Under the pieces are notes generated by a model that ran no database searches, had not been told where the DNA came from, and saw nothing but the letters and a program-made list of their open reading frames with translations. From contig JBHLRZ010000007.1 in NCBI GenBank assembly GCA_048882045.1, forward strand, positions 32,001 through 96,000: DNA of 64,000 nucleotides. The letters run 5' to 3'. Source of the stretch: Candidatus Thorarchaeota archaeon. GTDB lineage: Archaea; Asgardarchaeota; Thorarchaeia; Thorarchaeales; Thorarchaeaceae. Positions within the stretch are counted from its first letter, which is position 1, and every line of letters begins with the position of its first letter. The translations under genes and the position numbers were made by a program. Below, piece after piece: positions 10,431 to 20,895 of the stretch.

Positions 10431-11075
10431 GTGTTTACATTGAATGACACAAAACAGAGAGAGTTCCATGGAGTTGTTGCAAGGTATAGCTTTCACGACG
10501 CTCGTTGGTTCGCAGTGATTGGCTTTGCACCATACTTCATGGCATTCTTGGGAATGGTCACCTCTAGTGTCAATTATCTGGGGTGGAGTTATGACATCGG
10601 TACGTTCTTCGGACTAGGGTCGTTCATTCTTACTGAGCCTATGTTGATGTTCATCCTCTACTTCATCGTCACCATGTTGTTCTTCGCAGGAGGATTAGAG
10701 TGGTATGTCTTGTGTCGCCATTGCCCTTGTTATGAGCACTCAGGTGGTGAGCATGGCAATGAGAATCGTTTCTATTGTTTAGCTAACTGGGCAAGTCCGA
10801 AACTTTTCAAATACAAACCTGGAAAAATCAGTAGAGGTGGTCAAGCAGTCTTCGTCATATTCGTTGCTTTCTTTCTCTTTTTCCCAATAGTATACTACGT
10901 TGGCAGCTGGGAATTCATCTTCTTCCAATCACTTTATGCACTGTTCTTCTATGTGTCCATAAGACACTGGACCTGTTCATCATGTCCGAATTTTGGTTGT
11001 ATTCTGAATTGTGTGCCTGAGGAGAAGAGGGAGGCATTCCTCAGAGCCATGGAATCAGGCGAAATATACCACTAG
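10431..11075 (+). CDS. Membrane protein with Cys clusters (hypothetical)
   Basis: Four TM segments; CRHCPC...C and CSSCPNFGC. Confidence 0.65.
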   Translation: MFTLNDTKQREFHGVVARYSFHDARWFAVIGFAPYFMAFLGMVTSSVNYLGWSYDIGTFFGLGSFILTEPMLMFILYFIVTMLFFAGGLEWYVLCRHCPCYEHSGGEHGNENRFYCLANWASPKLFKYKPGKISRGGQAVFVIFVAFFLFFPIVYYVGSWEFIFFQSLYALFFYVSIRHWTCSSCPNFGCILNCVPEEKREAFLRAMESGEIYH

Positions 11076-11126
11076 AATGTACCATCAATAACATTTTAGA
11101 CCCGAGGTCCAAGCACAAATTCACAG

Positions 11127-12029
11127 ATGCAACTACAAGCTGAATTTCTTATTGGGAGTCTAATTGGACTACTAGCAGCATTTCTCTGGGCGATGGCAAC
11201 CAATGTCTACAAGTCTCAGAGCGATGAGGCAACCCCTTTAGCTATATCTACATTAAAGACATGGTTGTCCTTGGTCGTTATGGCAGCTTTAGTAATGCTA
11301 CCATTTCGAACAGTTCCCTTCTATGTGTCAATTGATGCTACAATTTTTCTCGCCGCGTCAGTGACGATAGGACTGGTCATAGGAGACCTTGCATTCCTGA
11401 CAGCTCAGGAACGAATCGGAGTTTCGTATGCCTATCCCATTGCTACTACATTTCCTATTTTCACCTACATTATTGCAATATTCCTTGTTGACGAGGTGCT
11501 TCTGCTGACACGTTTCTTTGGCATATTCCTTGCTGTTGGAGGGGTGATGTTGATTACCAGAGCACAAGCCTCCTCACAGAATGAGGAAGGATCTGGTAAT
11601 TTTGATAAGATTGGATTCCTGCTAGCACTCTTCACAGCACTGTGCTGGGCTGTAGGTAGTGTCTTGCTTCAGATCGGGGTCGCTGATGTAGATCCAATAG
11701 ATGCAAACTTTGTGCGTATGGTTTTTGGGGCGGGAGTCATTGCACCTCTGTTTGCAGGGGCAGTGAAACGAGGTATGCCCAAACCTACGCGGAGAGCCAC
11801 AAAGATAGTGCTTGTTGCGGCTTTCTTCGGAATGGCTTGGGGGTCTCTTCTTTACACATATGCTGTGAAGGTGATTGGTGCAGCTGTTGCATCAGTTTTG
11901 GGATCGATCTCTCCTCTGTTTGCTCTCCCAATCTCAATTTTCTTCTTGAAAGAGAAATTCTCACATATGTCAATTCTCGGAGCCCTGATGACTGTATCAG
12001 GTGTCATCATGGTCGTCTTGATCGTCTAA
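11127..12029 (+). CDS. DMT/EamA family transporter
   Basis: Ten TM segments, two EamA repeats (IGVSYAYPI; IGAAVASVLGSISPLFA...LKEK). Confidence 0.88.
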   Translation: MQLQAEFLIGSLIGLLAAFLWAMATNVYKSQSDEATPLAISTLKTWLSLVVMAALVMLPFRTVPFYVSIDATIFLAASVTIGLVIGDLAFLTAQERIGVSYAYPIATTFPIFTYIIAIFLVDEVLLLTRFFGIFLAVGGVMLITRAQASSQNEEGSGNFDKIGFLLALFTALCWAVGSVLLQIGVADVDPIDANFVRMVFGAGVIAPLFAGAVKRGMPKPTRRATKIVLVAAFFGMAWGSLLYTYAVKVIGAAVASVLGSISPLFALPISIFFLKEKFSHMSILGALMTVSGVIMVVLIV

Positions 12030-13099
12030 ATCCACTCTCTCCCTTTGAAATACATCACAAGGAATCCTGTCACCAGAAGTGTAGCAACGAGAAAAACCGG
12101 ATACCCAAAAACGCCCAATACCTCAATCTCTGGAATCCATTGAAAATTCATTCCATAGATACTAGCCATCAGAGTGAGAGGAATGACAATAGTTGACACA
12201 ACTGTCAGGACCTTCATGACCTCGTTCATCTTGTTGTTTACGCTTGAGAGATAGATATCGAGCATCCCTGTTATTGATTCACGATAGGTTTCAACATGGT
12301 CAGTCACACGAATAACATGGTCGTACAGGTCCCTGAGGAAGACCTGAGTTTCCTCAACAACATAGCTAGTGGCATCTCTCTGCATCTTCAGTACAACCTC
12401 TCGTAAAGGCCAGATATGTCTTCTAAACGAAAGGAGGTCTCTTTTGATTCTGTAAATACGATTCAACATCTCAGGAGTAGCGCGTTCGATAAGTTCATCC
12501 TCCAGATCCTCAATCATGTCACCTAATTTTTCTAGAACTACAAAGTACTCGTCAACCAATAAATCAAGGATAGTATATGTCAGATAGTCTGAGCCACTAA
12601 ATCGAATTCGGCTACCTCCACTCCTCGCTCTCATACGAATTTGATCAAAGAGGTCATCAGCAGATTCTTGGAAAGAGAGTACAAAGTTCTTCCCGAATAC
12701 TAAAGAAACCTGTTCTGAATGGAGTCGGAGTTCCTTCTCTTGGAAGTTATATGCTCTAAGTACAATGTAGATACTTTTTGGCATCACTTCAAACTTTGGC
12801 CGCTGTCCCACACTGGGAATATCCTCCATAATTAGTGGATGAAGATTGTAGTAGTTCGATATAGTCTTCACGATTTCTACATCATGAACACCCCGAACGT
12901 GTATCCATTTGGTCACCGATGGATCCTTGGAGGGGCTACAATCATCAAGCGAATCTGCGAAGTACTCCCTCATCTGCCCCTCTGAAAATTCCATCACACT
13001 GATGATGACCTCTTCCACTCGTTCAATTCCAGTATGAATGACTGTTCCTGGTGGAAGTCCAACTTTCTCAGACATATCATCCTGACTCATTTGGACCAC
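12026..13099 (-). CDS. corA: Magnesium/cobalt transporter CorA
   Basis: GLPPG N-terminus, QRPK, MNEVMKVLT, YGMNF, PE. Confidence 0.95.
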   Translation of the reverse strand: MVQMSQDDMSEKVGLPPGTVIHTGIERVEEVIISVMEFSEGQMREYFADSLDDCSPSKDPSVTKWIHVRGVHDVEIVKTISNYYNLHPLIMEDIPSVGQRPKFEVMPKSIYIVLRAYNFQEKELRLHSEQVSLVFGKNFVLSFQESADDLFDQIRMRARSGGSRIRFSGSDYLTYTILDLLVDEYFVVLEKLGDMIEDLEDELIERATPEMLNRIYRIKRDLLSFRRHIWPLREVVLKMQRDATSYVVEETQVFLRDLYDHVIRVTDHVETYRESITGMLDIYLSSVNNKMNEVMKVLTVVSTIVIPLTLMASIYGMNFQWIPEIEVLGVFGYPVFLVATLLVTGFLVMYFKGREWI

Positions 13100-13128
13100 A
13101 CTGGAGAACAGATGAAACGAATATTAGA

Positions 13129-14157
13129 AAGTGAGGATTACCTAAGCGTTACTGAATATAACCTGCTCTATACAATGGTAAAGCATTATGGAATTTTGTT
13201 TTAGGTAAATTAGTCGAAAAAAAAATCGGTATTGGGTTACTTCTTGTTTACGTAATCCAAAAAAGCTTTAACGACCATGTGAAATTTGGGATCTGCGACA
13301 ACAGTAATGTGGTCTTTTCCTTCGATTTGGAATTGACAAGAATCTGGTATTAATTGAGCTCCTGTGGATTTACCTCTTTTAATAACATCGTCATCAGCTC
13401 CGAAAACAGCCATAACTGGCACATTGACTTTAGTAAGAGCTTTTTTCCTTTCAGGATTAGATGGGAGTATACCATCCGGACGTTGAATGTCCCCTTCCAA
13501 AACATACACCAAAGCTTCGAGATCTTGTGAGTCAGATTCAGGATATTCTGAAATTGCTTTTCGGAGTCTCATAGCTGCTTTATCGTTAACATCATCAAGA
13601 TTTGCTTTCTTTAGTCCTTTTATCCATCTTTTCATCATATTTTTTGCAAGGAATTTTGTAGTTCTGCTAGGATAGTAGAGTGGAAATCCTCCAAGAACAG
13701 CACTAAGAAAGCGTTCTTGCTTTTGAAGCAAAATATCTGTAGCTATCCGTGCTCCCATAGAATATCCAAAGAAATTAGCCTTCTTAATAGATAAATGATC
13801 AAGCAATTTAACGATATCATCGTTCATCATTTCTCCATACTGGGCCGAATCTTTCGGTTTATCGCTTTTCCCGTGCCCACGACAATCTACAAGTATTAGT
13901 TTATAATCATCCTTTAGAACATCTACCCAATTAGTAGCTTTCCAATTAGCTTCGATATTTGCGGCAAACCCATGAATCATTATAACAGGTGGCCCATCCC
14001 CTACAATCTCATAGTATATTTTGACTCCTTCATTATCAAAAAATGGCATTGTTATTATTCCTCATTAAATTCTTAGTTTATACATTCATCGTGTTACTTG
14101 TCGAACGCTCTTAAAACAACATTTGTATTCTGTTTGGCTTATCTAAGTGAGGATTAC
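13129..14157. repeat. 13-bp direct repeat flanking the AT-rich hydrolase gene
   Basis: AAGTGAGGATTAC at 13129-13141 and 14145-14157. Confidence 0.7.
13237..14049 (-). CDS. Alpha/beta hydrolase
   Basis: HGF, DCRGHGKSD, GYSMG nucleophile elbow, GKDH. Confidence 0.9.
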   Translation of the reverse strand: MPFFDNEGVKIYYEIVGDGPPVIMIHGFAANIEANWKATNWVDVLKDDYKLILVDCRGHGKSDKPKDSAQYGEMMNDDIVKLLDHLSIKKANFFGYSMGARIATDILLQKQERFLSAVLGGFPLYYPSRTTKFLAKNMMKRWIKGLKKANLDDVNDKAAMRLRKAISEYPESDSQDLEALVYVLEGDIQRPDGILPSNPERKKALTKVNVPVMAVFGADDDVIKRGKSTGAQLIPDSCQFQIEGKDHITVVADPKFHMVVKAFLDYVNKK

Positions 14158-14208
14158 TTTCAAGTCAGATATAAGAAAGGAACCGATTCTTCATTTTCAT
14201 CAGTTGTA

Positions 14209-14796
14209 TTAGTCATTCATTCCTTTTCCGTCGAGAATCTTCTGCATATACTTTTCAATCCTTGACACCCGAGTTTTGGATTGCTTGGGTTGGGAAAAAT
14301 AAAGAAGGTAAGCTCTTTGTCGTCCCGGGGTTAATGCATCAAAGGCAGTTTTCAATGCAGGATTTTCATTTAGTTTGCTTTGAAATTCTTCAGGAATTTT
14401 GTATTCTCTAGTCTTTTTGAAATCCACCTTCAAACCGGATTTTTCCACTTCAATTGCTTTCTTGATGTAATCCTTCAGGATAGGTTCCATCTCGACTATT
14501 TCTTGAAGATTGGTGAAACGGATCTGACGCGCAGCTTGCGTATTCTCTGTCTGTTGAACTAGTATATTCTTGGTATCCTTCAGCAAAGCACCTTTCACAA
14601 AAAGAAATGCACAGTATTCTTTGAATCCATGAATTAAAACTACGTTACTCTTTTGAAATGTGTAACAAGGAACACCCCACTTGAATTCCTCTGTTAATCC
14701 ACAGTCAAGAGTAATCATTCTCAGCCTCTCAAATTCTTCCTGCCATTTTTTGGCTCTGTTTAGAAATGCATCAACCTTGGGATTGGTCTTTGTCAT
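14209..14796 (-). CDS. YdeI/OmpD-associated family protein (DUF1801 plus OmdA domain)
   Basis: KWGVPCY, FVKGALLKD, FDALTPGRQRAY...KQSKTR. Confidence 0.9.
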   Translation of the reverse strand: MTKTNPKVDAFLNRAKKWQEEFERLRMITLDCGLTEEFKWGVPCYTFQKSNVVLIHGFKEYCAFLFVKGALLKDTKNILVQQTENTQAARQIRFTNLQEIVEMEPILKDYIKKAIEVEKSGLKVDFKKTREYKIPEEFQSKLNENPALKTAFDALTPGRQRAYLLYFSQPKQSKTRVSRIEKYMQKILDGKGMND

Positions 14797-14970
14797 GAAA
14801 TGTTATTCGAGATTGTGTGCTTATTTCACTTTGTTTATGCCCGCATCGCCTGATACTCGATGCTGTTTTCACGGAAATTGCAAATTGTCCGGACAAGTCC
14901 ATGGGTTTAGTATTTTTTATTAGGAATGGAGCTATGTTATCATATTCACTCTATTTGGGGGTCGTACGTA

Positions 14971-15537
14971 TTGAGCTCGTCTTTAACCACTGGTGGCACA
15001 TGGAAGACAGTGTTGATTGGTGATGCCGCTGTGGGAAAGACAAGCATCCGCAGGAAGTACTTAGGCGAGGGTTTCATCACCAGTCATATTGCCACTCTTG
15101 GTGTGGATTTCGCGCAGAAGCATATCTATCATGATGGAAGAACCCATCGACTGATCATCTGGGATTTATCAGGTCAGTCCGGTTTTGAAAGAGTCCGGAG
15201 GCATTACTATCATGGATGCAGTTCCATGATTCTCGTCTATTCAATATCTGATCGTGAATCGTTTGACAACGCATCAAAATGGCTTGTTGAAGCATTCAAG
15301 TACATGGGAGAGATTCCTCCAACAATCGTAGTTGGAAACAAAATCGATCTGCGTTCAACATATCCAGAGAAGGAATTCATAACAACTCAAGAAGGTTTGG
15401 ATTTCGCAGAGCGCTTCAAGAAGATACTTAACGTATCAACAATATTCATTGAAACAAGTGCGAAAACAGGAGAGAACATTCAGGACGCGTTTAGGCAATT
15501 GGTTGATCTCATGATAATAGAGGAGTCCAAGGGCTGA
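14971..15537 (+). CDS. Rab-like small GTPase (Ras superfamily)
   Basis: GDAAVGKTS, TLGVDF, WDLSGQ, NKID, ETSAK. TTG start at 14971 aligns with the paralog. Confidence 0.92.
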   Translation: MSSSLTTGGTWKTVLIGDAAVGKTSIRRKYLGEGFITSHIATLGVDFAQKHIYHDGRTHRLIIWDLSGQSGFERVRRHYYHGCSSMILVYSISDRESFDNASKWLVEAFKYMGEIPPTIVVGNKIDLRSTYPEKEFITTQEGLDFAERFKKILNVSTIFIETSAKTGENIQDAFRQLVDLMIIEESKG

Positions 15538-15652
15538 TTAGTTCCAATTAGCAAATCCTAGCTGATTTCAATGATAGAGTATATTTCCGCATGAAATACG
15601 ATTAAAAAGAGAATTTCTATAGAAAACATATTTGAAACAGTGAGGCATTCTA

Positions 15653-16216
15653 GTGAGCTTTCTTACACCTGGTGGAGCCACCTTCAAAACGGTCCTTATA
15701 GGAGATCCAGCAGTAGGTAAGACTAGCATACGTCGGAAGTACTTGGGAAAGGGATTCATCTCAAGTCACATCGCGACTATTGGAGTTGACTTTGCACAGA
15801 AGTATACTCATCATAAGGGAGAAACTCATCGGCTCGTTATTTGGGATTTAGCAGGTCAGTACAGCTTTGAGAGTGTGAGGAGACACTACTATGTGGGGTG
15901 TAGCTCTCTGATATTTGTGTACTCAGTGATAGATCGTGAATCATTTGAGAGGGCGGCACAATGGTTTGTTGAAGTATACAAATATCTTGGTGAAGTACCA
16001 CCGACAGCCATCATCGGGAATAAGGTTGACCTCAAACCAGAGTTTTCTGGGAATGATATTGTCACCACTGAAGAAGGGCGAGCGTTTGCAGAGTATTTCA
16101 CTCAGAAGCTGGGAGTACCATCGGTGTTCACTGAAACATCCGCCAAGACTGGTGAACAAATCCAAGAAGCATTCAGTTCTCTTGTGGGTTTGATGTGTGA
16201 TGCAGCTGGAATCTAG
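15653..16216 (+). CDS. Rab-like small GTPase, tandem paralog
   Basis: GDPAVGKTS, TIGVDF, WDLAGQ, NKVD, ETSAK. Confidence 0.93.
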   Translation: MSFLTPGGATFKTVLIGDPAVGKTSIRRKYLGKGFISSHIATIGVDFAQKYTHHKGETHRLVIWDLAGQYSFESVRRHYYVGCSSLIFVYSVIDRESFERAAQWFVEVYKYLGEVPPTAIIGNKVDLKPEFSGNDIVTTEEGRAFAEYFTQKLGVPSVFTETSAKTGEQIQEAFSSLVGLMCDAAGI

Positions 16217-16525
16217 GCTTTTTCCTCTCTAGAGGCCCAACTAGCCCTCTTTTTCCAAAACTCGAGAATGCTCTTCTTTAGAGGAATCTGTTCACCTATT
16301 CTGCAATCATGACAGAGATTGACTTCCTCTGATCCATGAACCTCATACTTGGCACCGCACGATTCACACTCCTTCATCCCTAAAATCAACCCTGACAGTA
16401 AGTGAGATCTGGAATAATAAGAAACGTCATCAACGCAGCCTTGCTCGAATTTTGGAGAAATTACGTTAAACGTTTCAATATTAAGTCAATAATCCATTCC
16501 TTAGAATCACTGAGGTGATTCGAGA

Positions 16526-17374
16526 TTGCGTCCAGCCAGGTCTGAATTGATTAACAAAATACTCCTGGCATTAGACAAGCAGCCATCATCCATCTATGAT
16601 ATACTCTATTCCTTAACCAACTACTCAGACCCAAGACGGACAAGGCTTCCAAAACTACTGAAATCTATGGAAGATGATGGACTCGTAAAAAGTGCACTTC
16701 AGCCCGGACCATTAGGCCCCTATAGACGTGTGTATGAACTTGGGCCTGAGGCTGAATCAAACATGAGACACAACCTCAAGAACAGTCTTGAAACAATTCT
16801 ACACTTCTATGATGCTTATAGAAAGGAGAACCCTCAGAAGCTGTATGACTTTCCCAATGAGATGCAAAATAAAAGACCTGCTGGAAAAATCCTATTTGCT
16901 GCATTCCCAGCGATGACAACAGATGATGTTGAAACGATCCGAGAAATCCTGACTTCATCTGAGCAGTCTTCTATCTCTATCATAGGCCCTCATCAGATAC
17001 TTACGAAGACTGGCATCAAGTTCGATTATGTTGGTGAAAATGCTACTAAAATTACTTCTGAGAATAAGACCTTCTCCGAAATCTATTTCAACGGAATTCC
17101 AAATCTCGATGATTTGGACAAAGCAATCTCTGAGTGCAAAAGGATAATGGTAAGAAAGGGAGTTTTGAAAATCAATATTCCATTTGCTTATTTCGAGGAT
17201 CCTGTTAGACCAGCAATTGGGGAGTTCATTCAGATCACTGCAACTAACCTATTTCCAGAACTGGGTATTGTTGAAGGAACGAAAGTGAAGGAGGTTCTAG
17301 AGAAGTACTTCCCAAAGAACGGTATGTACGAAACCAGTCTTGGGGAAGTGGTCTTTTGGGCTGTCAAATCATAA
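16526..17374 (+). CDS. PadR-like wHTH fused to a degenerate methyltransferase-like domain
   Basis: N-terminal LKSMEDDGLV...GPYRRVYEL; C-terminal AISECKRIMVRKGVL resembles the MTase E-x-x-R-x-L-K-P-G-G segment. Confidence 0.6.
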   Translation: MRPARSELINKILLALDKQPSSIYDILYSLTNYSDPRRTRLPKLLKSMEDDGLVKSALQPGPLGPYRRVYELGPEAESNMRHNLKNSLETILHFYDAYRKENPQKLYDFPNEMQNKRPAGKILFAAFPAMTTDDVETIREILTSSEQSSISIIGPHQILTKTGIKFDYVGENATKITSENKTFSEIYFNGIPNLDDLDKAISECKRIMVRKGVLKINIPFAYFEDPVRPAIGEFIQITATNLFPELGIVEGTKVKEVLEKYFPKNGMYETSLGEVVFWAVKS

Positions 17375-17413
17375 CCTCAGCACCGAGTACCTGAAGAGCA
17401 AGAAAAATATGGA

Positions 17414-17872
17414 TTGATGCAAAGCGAATCTTTGCGGATAGTGAGGATATTGGCAGAGAAGAAACAGGAGCTAGTCAAGTTTGTGAACGAGGAGAATGTC
17501 AGTGCAATTGTCCTACTTGCAGATATGCTGGATCTCACAAATGATGAAGTAAGGACATTGATTACCGAATCCATAGCAGACGGTTCTCTAAAAGGGTCCA
17601 TCACTGAGGATGGCCAGCGCTTTTTTAAGAATGATATCTCGGTATCGGAGGCTCCTGTCATTCATAGCGATGAATCGCTTCCTGCTTTCATGGAGTTCGA
17701 TACAAGACCAGGGAGAATCACATCATTCATCGGACTCATTATCATTACAATTGGAGTCATCTTTTTTTCTGGAATGGGACAGCAGGATATAGGCGCAATC
17801 GTTCTCTTCGTTGGTGTTTTTCTCTTGTTCTCTGGGCTCTTCTGTCTGGCGAGAAGGAAGACTCCCTCTTAG
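17414..17872 (+). CDS. Hypothetical protein: wHTH/PCI-like N-terminus and two C-terminal TM helices
   Basis: LADMLDLTNDEVRTLITESIADGSLKGSI followed by two hydrophobic helices. Confidence 0.6.
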   Translation: MMQSESLRIVRILAEKKQELVKFVNEENVSAIVLLADMLDLTNDEVRTLITESIADGSLKGSITEDGQRFFKNDISVSEAPVIHSDESLPAFMEFDTRPGRITSFIGLIIITIGVIFFSGMGQQDIGAIVLFVGVFLLFSGLFCLARRKTPS

Positions 17873-17946
17873 GGAGTATCATAGTCTGCAATGACATCCC
17901 TTAAGTAGCGGTCTGTTCGCGAAGCCGCTACGGGAAATGATCTACT

Positions 17947-18927
17947 ATGCAAGAGATGTTTATGGTAGCTGCGTTTATTGCTGCATATGCTATTGCTGTT
18001 GGTACAATTTCTTCGATGGTCGGAATTGGTGGGGGAATCTTCAACACTCCTCTTCTGATGATTATCTTTCTCCTGAGTGCACAATTTGCTCCTGCGACAT
18101 CGCTTGTGGCAGCATTGTTTCTCGCGGTTGCAAGTAGTATCTCATATTGGCAACAGAATCCTAGACCTATAATACCAAGAGTAGGACTGTTTCTTGCTGT
18201 AACAACAGCCCCCGGGTCAATCCTTGGTGTATTGCTCCGAACTATGATTACTGACGATTATGTTCTCCGCCTTATCTTTGGAATCTCGCTAATGCCTGTG
18301 GCAATCAAAATGCTGTTCGCTACACGGAGAGAGAAGGGAGACATCGCATCAGAACTTGCTGGTTACGATATGTCAACTCTCACTCAAAAGCGGCTGGTTA
18401 TCTCCCTCTTGGGTGGCTTTATTGGTGGTGTGTCAGCAGGTCTTCTTGGGATTGGAGGCGGGGCAGTGGTCGTTCCGGTACTTTCAATCCTCATGGGCTT
18501 ACCAATGCATGCTGCAGTGGCAACGAGTATGTTTACAATGATGGTCACTGCTTCTGCTGGAACTGCTATGAACTACATCAATGGGTTCATCAATCCGTAC
18601 TATGCAATATCACTCGGGATAGGAATGGTTGTAGGTGGTCAGATCGGTGCAAGGTTGGCATCAAGAGTGAACTCGGTCCAATTAAAGAGGGTTTTCGGTC
18701 TCATCCTTGTCTTTCCCCTCGTAAAGATGATGAAACTCGGACAGTTCTGGCTCGACCCAGCTGGTTCAAGCATACTAATCACTACGGTAGGGGACATCAT
18801 TATCTGGTTGTGCATTGTAATTCCCATTGGACTTCTAAGGTTATACCAAGTTAGAAAACAATCTCAACGGTCACAAGAACTCGAAATGACAGGTGATTCA
18901 ATAATCACAGAGAGTATGGATACTTAA
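17947..18927 (+). CDS. Sulfite exporter TauE/SafE family
   Basis: Two GxxGIGGG...P repeats, AVATS. Confidence 0.9.
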   Translation: MQEMFMVAAFIAAYAIAVGTISSMVGIGGGIFNTPLLMIIFLLSAQFAPATSLVAALFLAVASSISYWQQNPRPIIPRVGLFLAVTTAPGSILGVLLRTMITDDYVLRLIFGISLMPVAIKMLFATRREKGDIASELAGYDMSTLTQKRLVISLLGGFIGGVSAGLLGIGGGAVVVPVLSILMGLPMHAAVATSMFTMMVTASAGTAMNYINGFINPYYAISLGIGMVVGGQIGARLASRVNSVQLKRVFGLILVFPLVKMMKLGQFWLDPAGSSILITTVGDIIIWLCIVIPIGLLRLYQVRKQSQRSQELEMTGDSIITESMDT

Positions 18928-18957
18928 TAGGGAGATTGCACTTGACTCTCAACCAAA

Positions 18958-19746
18958 GTGTTGCGTCAGGTGTACAAGATGGTCAAATACAATTTGGATG
19001 GACAAGCAGTCATAATCACAGGAGCCTCTGCGGGTCTGGGCGAACAGTTTGCCCATGCATTTGCAGAGTCTGGTGCGAACGTAGTTCTCGGAGCTAGACG
19101 TGATGAGCTGCTAAAGAGAGTTGCAGATGATGTCACAGACAAATATTCGGTCAAAGCAATACCGATAAAGACCGATGTGAGAAGAGAGAAGGACATCATC
19201 AACCTAGTTGATAGAACAGTTAAGGAATTTGGAACAGTAGACGTGCTGGTCAACAACGCAGGTATGTACATAGTCAAACCTCTCATAGAACAAACATTGG
19301 ACGATTGGAATAAGGTGATGGATGTCAATCTGACCTCTGCATTTCTGGCGACTCGTGAGGTTGCTAAGGTCATGATACCAAAGAGATCGGGATCAATCAT
19401 CAATATCTCGTCCACCTTTGGTTTTGGAGGCACCGAGTTCACTGAGGTGAGCTATTACACTTCAAAAGGCGGTATGGTGACCATGACCAAAGCACTTGCA
19501 GTCGAACTCGGGAAGTATAACATTCGTGTGAATGCGATTGCACCTGGATTCTTCCCAACTGCAATGTCAATTGGAGCTATGGAAGACAAGAAGATCAGTG
19601 AATCCATGATCAAGCCTCGGACAGCCCTTCCAATGTTTGCAGAAAATGAGTGGATCCGAGGAGCAGCGTGCTTCTTGGCTAGCGAGGATGCCAAGTACAT
19701 AACTGGTCATACATTAGCCGTAGATGGTGGATGGTTAGCATACTAG
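18958..19746 (+). CDS. SDR family oxidoreductase
   Basis: TGASAGLG, NNAG, YYTSK, VNAIAPG, VDGG. Confidence 0.93.
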   Translation: MLRQVYKMVKYNLDGQAVIITGASAGLGEQFAHAFAESGANVVLGARRDELLKRVADDVTDKYSVKAIPIKTDVRREKDIINLVDRTVKEFGTVDVLVNNAGMYIVKPLIEQTLDDWNKVMDVNLTSAFLATREVAKVMIPKRSGSIINISSTFGFGGTEFTEVSYYTSKGGMVTMTKALAVELGKYNIRVNAIAPGFFPTAMSIGAMEDKKISESMIKPRTALPMFAENEWIRGAACFLASEDAKYITGHTLAVDGGWLAY

Positions 19747-19797
19747 AAAAAGAAAGAGAAGAAAGGCAGGAGGTCCCACCTTTCCTGTATTCTAGAT

Positions 19798-20895
19798 TTA
19801 GTCATCCCAGTCCATAGCTTCAAAGTCTCGGTATTTCTTCCACTGAGCTCCACCGCTGACTGCAGCAATGATTAGAAGAGAAACAAGGAATATTGCGAAG
19901 TTCTGGTATGGGGTGAAAGGTTCAGCAAAGAACCAGAACCAGATCGAGAGTGCAATAACCCAAGCAAATGCGAGTCCTATTGACCACCAATTCTCAGGTC
20001 CTTCACCACGCTTACGTGCCCAGGGTAGCCATGCTGCTACTACTAATGCACAGAAGATAGCGAATGAGAACAATGTAATCGCTATGTTTTGATTTCCTGT
20101 AATTCCTGGACTTCCAGCAAAAAACCACGACCAGATGTCAATGAATATCAACCAAAGCACGAAAAATCCTAGAGTGCCTCGGACCCTGTTATAGAGACCT
20201 GGATCTGCATCAATTTCAACTCGAATTTGACCTCTCCAAGGCGCGATGACTACTGCAATCATCAGAAGGAATGATGTCATGATGATCGAGAAATTCTGAT
20301 ACGGATTTATTGGATACACTAGTTCGCTGAAGTTATTGGCGAATGGGAGCCACAAGACAATGAAAATCAACCAGAATATGCCACCAAGGGCACTAATTCG
20401 ACCTCCTCCTTCTTCACCATGTTTTGGAACCCACAATCCAACATTGATAGCTCCAACAAACAAAAGCGATGCAAGAGCGATTCCAATATTCTCATAGAAT
20501 CCAAATCCACTAGCGAGGAAAATTATCCACACTATCAGAAATATCAACCATGCAACTCCACTCACTGCACTTGACCGTGCTCTCCATCCTCCTTCATAAG
20601 TTGGAATCCAGATAAGGGCATTCATAGCCATGACAATGAGCAGTGACACCAAAGCAATTGCGATGTTCTCAAAAATCCCGAAGCCACTTGCAAAGAAGAA
20701 CAACCAGATAATAACGAAACCAATCCAAGCGGCGAAACTCGCCATTGACCCGTACTGCTTTCCTTTTGATCTTCGTCGTCCCCTTCTGCCTCGAACATGA
20801 GTCGTAATCTCTTCTTCTATGTCATACTCCTCTTCTGCATCCTCATCCTCAGATGAATCATCAGTGGGAGTATCATCCTCATCAAATGGTTTCAT
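19798..20895 (-). CDS. Membrane protein with five internal helical-hairpin repeats
   Basis: Five units of WxxFxxxWxxF(F)A...[E/Q]N[IF]xIxxxS; acidic then Arg-rich N-terminus. Confidence 0.75.
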   Translation of the reverse strand: MKPFDEDDTPTDDSSEDEDAEEEYDIEEEITTHVRGRRGRRRSKGKQYGSMASFAAWIGFVIIWLFFFASGFGIFENIAIALVSLLIVMAMNALIWIPTYEGGWRARSSAVSGVAWLIFLIVWIIFLASGFGFYENIGIALASLLFVGAINVGLWVPKHGEEGGGRISALGGIFWLIFIVLWLPFANNFSELVYPINPYQNFSIIMTSFLLMIAVVIAPWRGQIRVEIDADPGLYNRVRGTLGFFVLWLIFIDIWSWFFAGSPGITGNQNIAITLFSFAIFCALVVAAWLPWARKRGEGPENWWSIGLAFAWVIALSIWFWFFAEPFTPYQNFAIFLVSLLIIAAVSGGAQWKKYRDFEAMDWDD

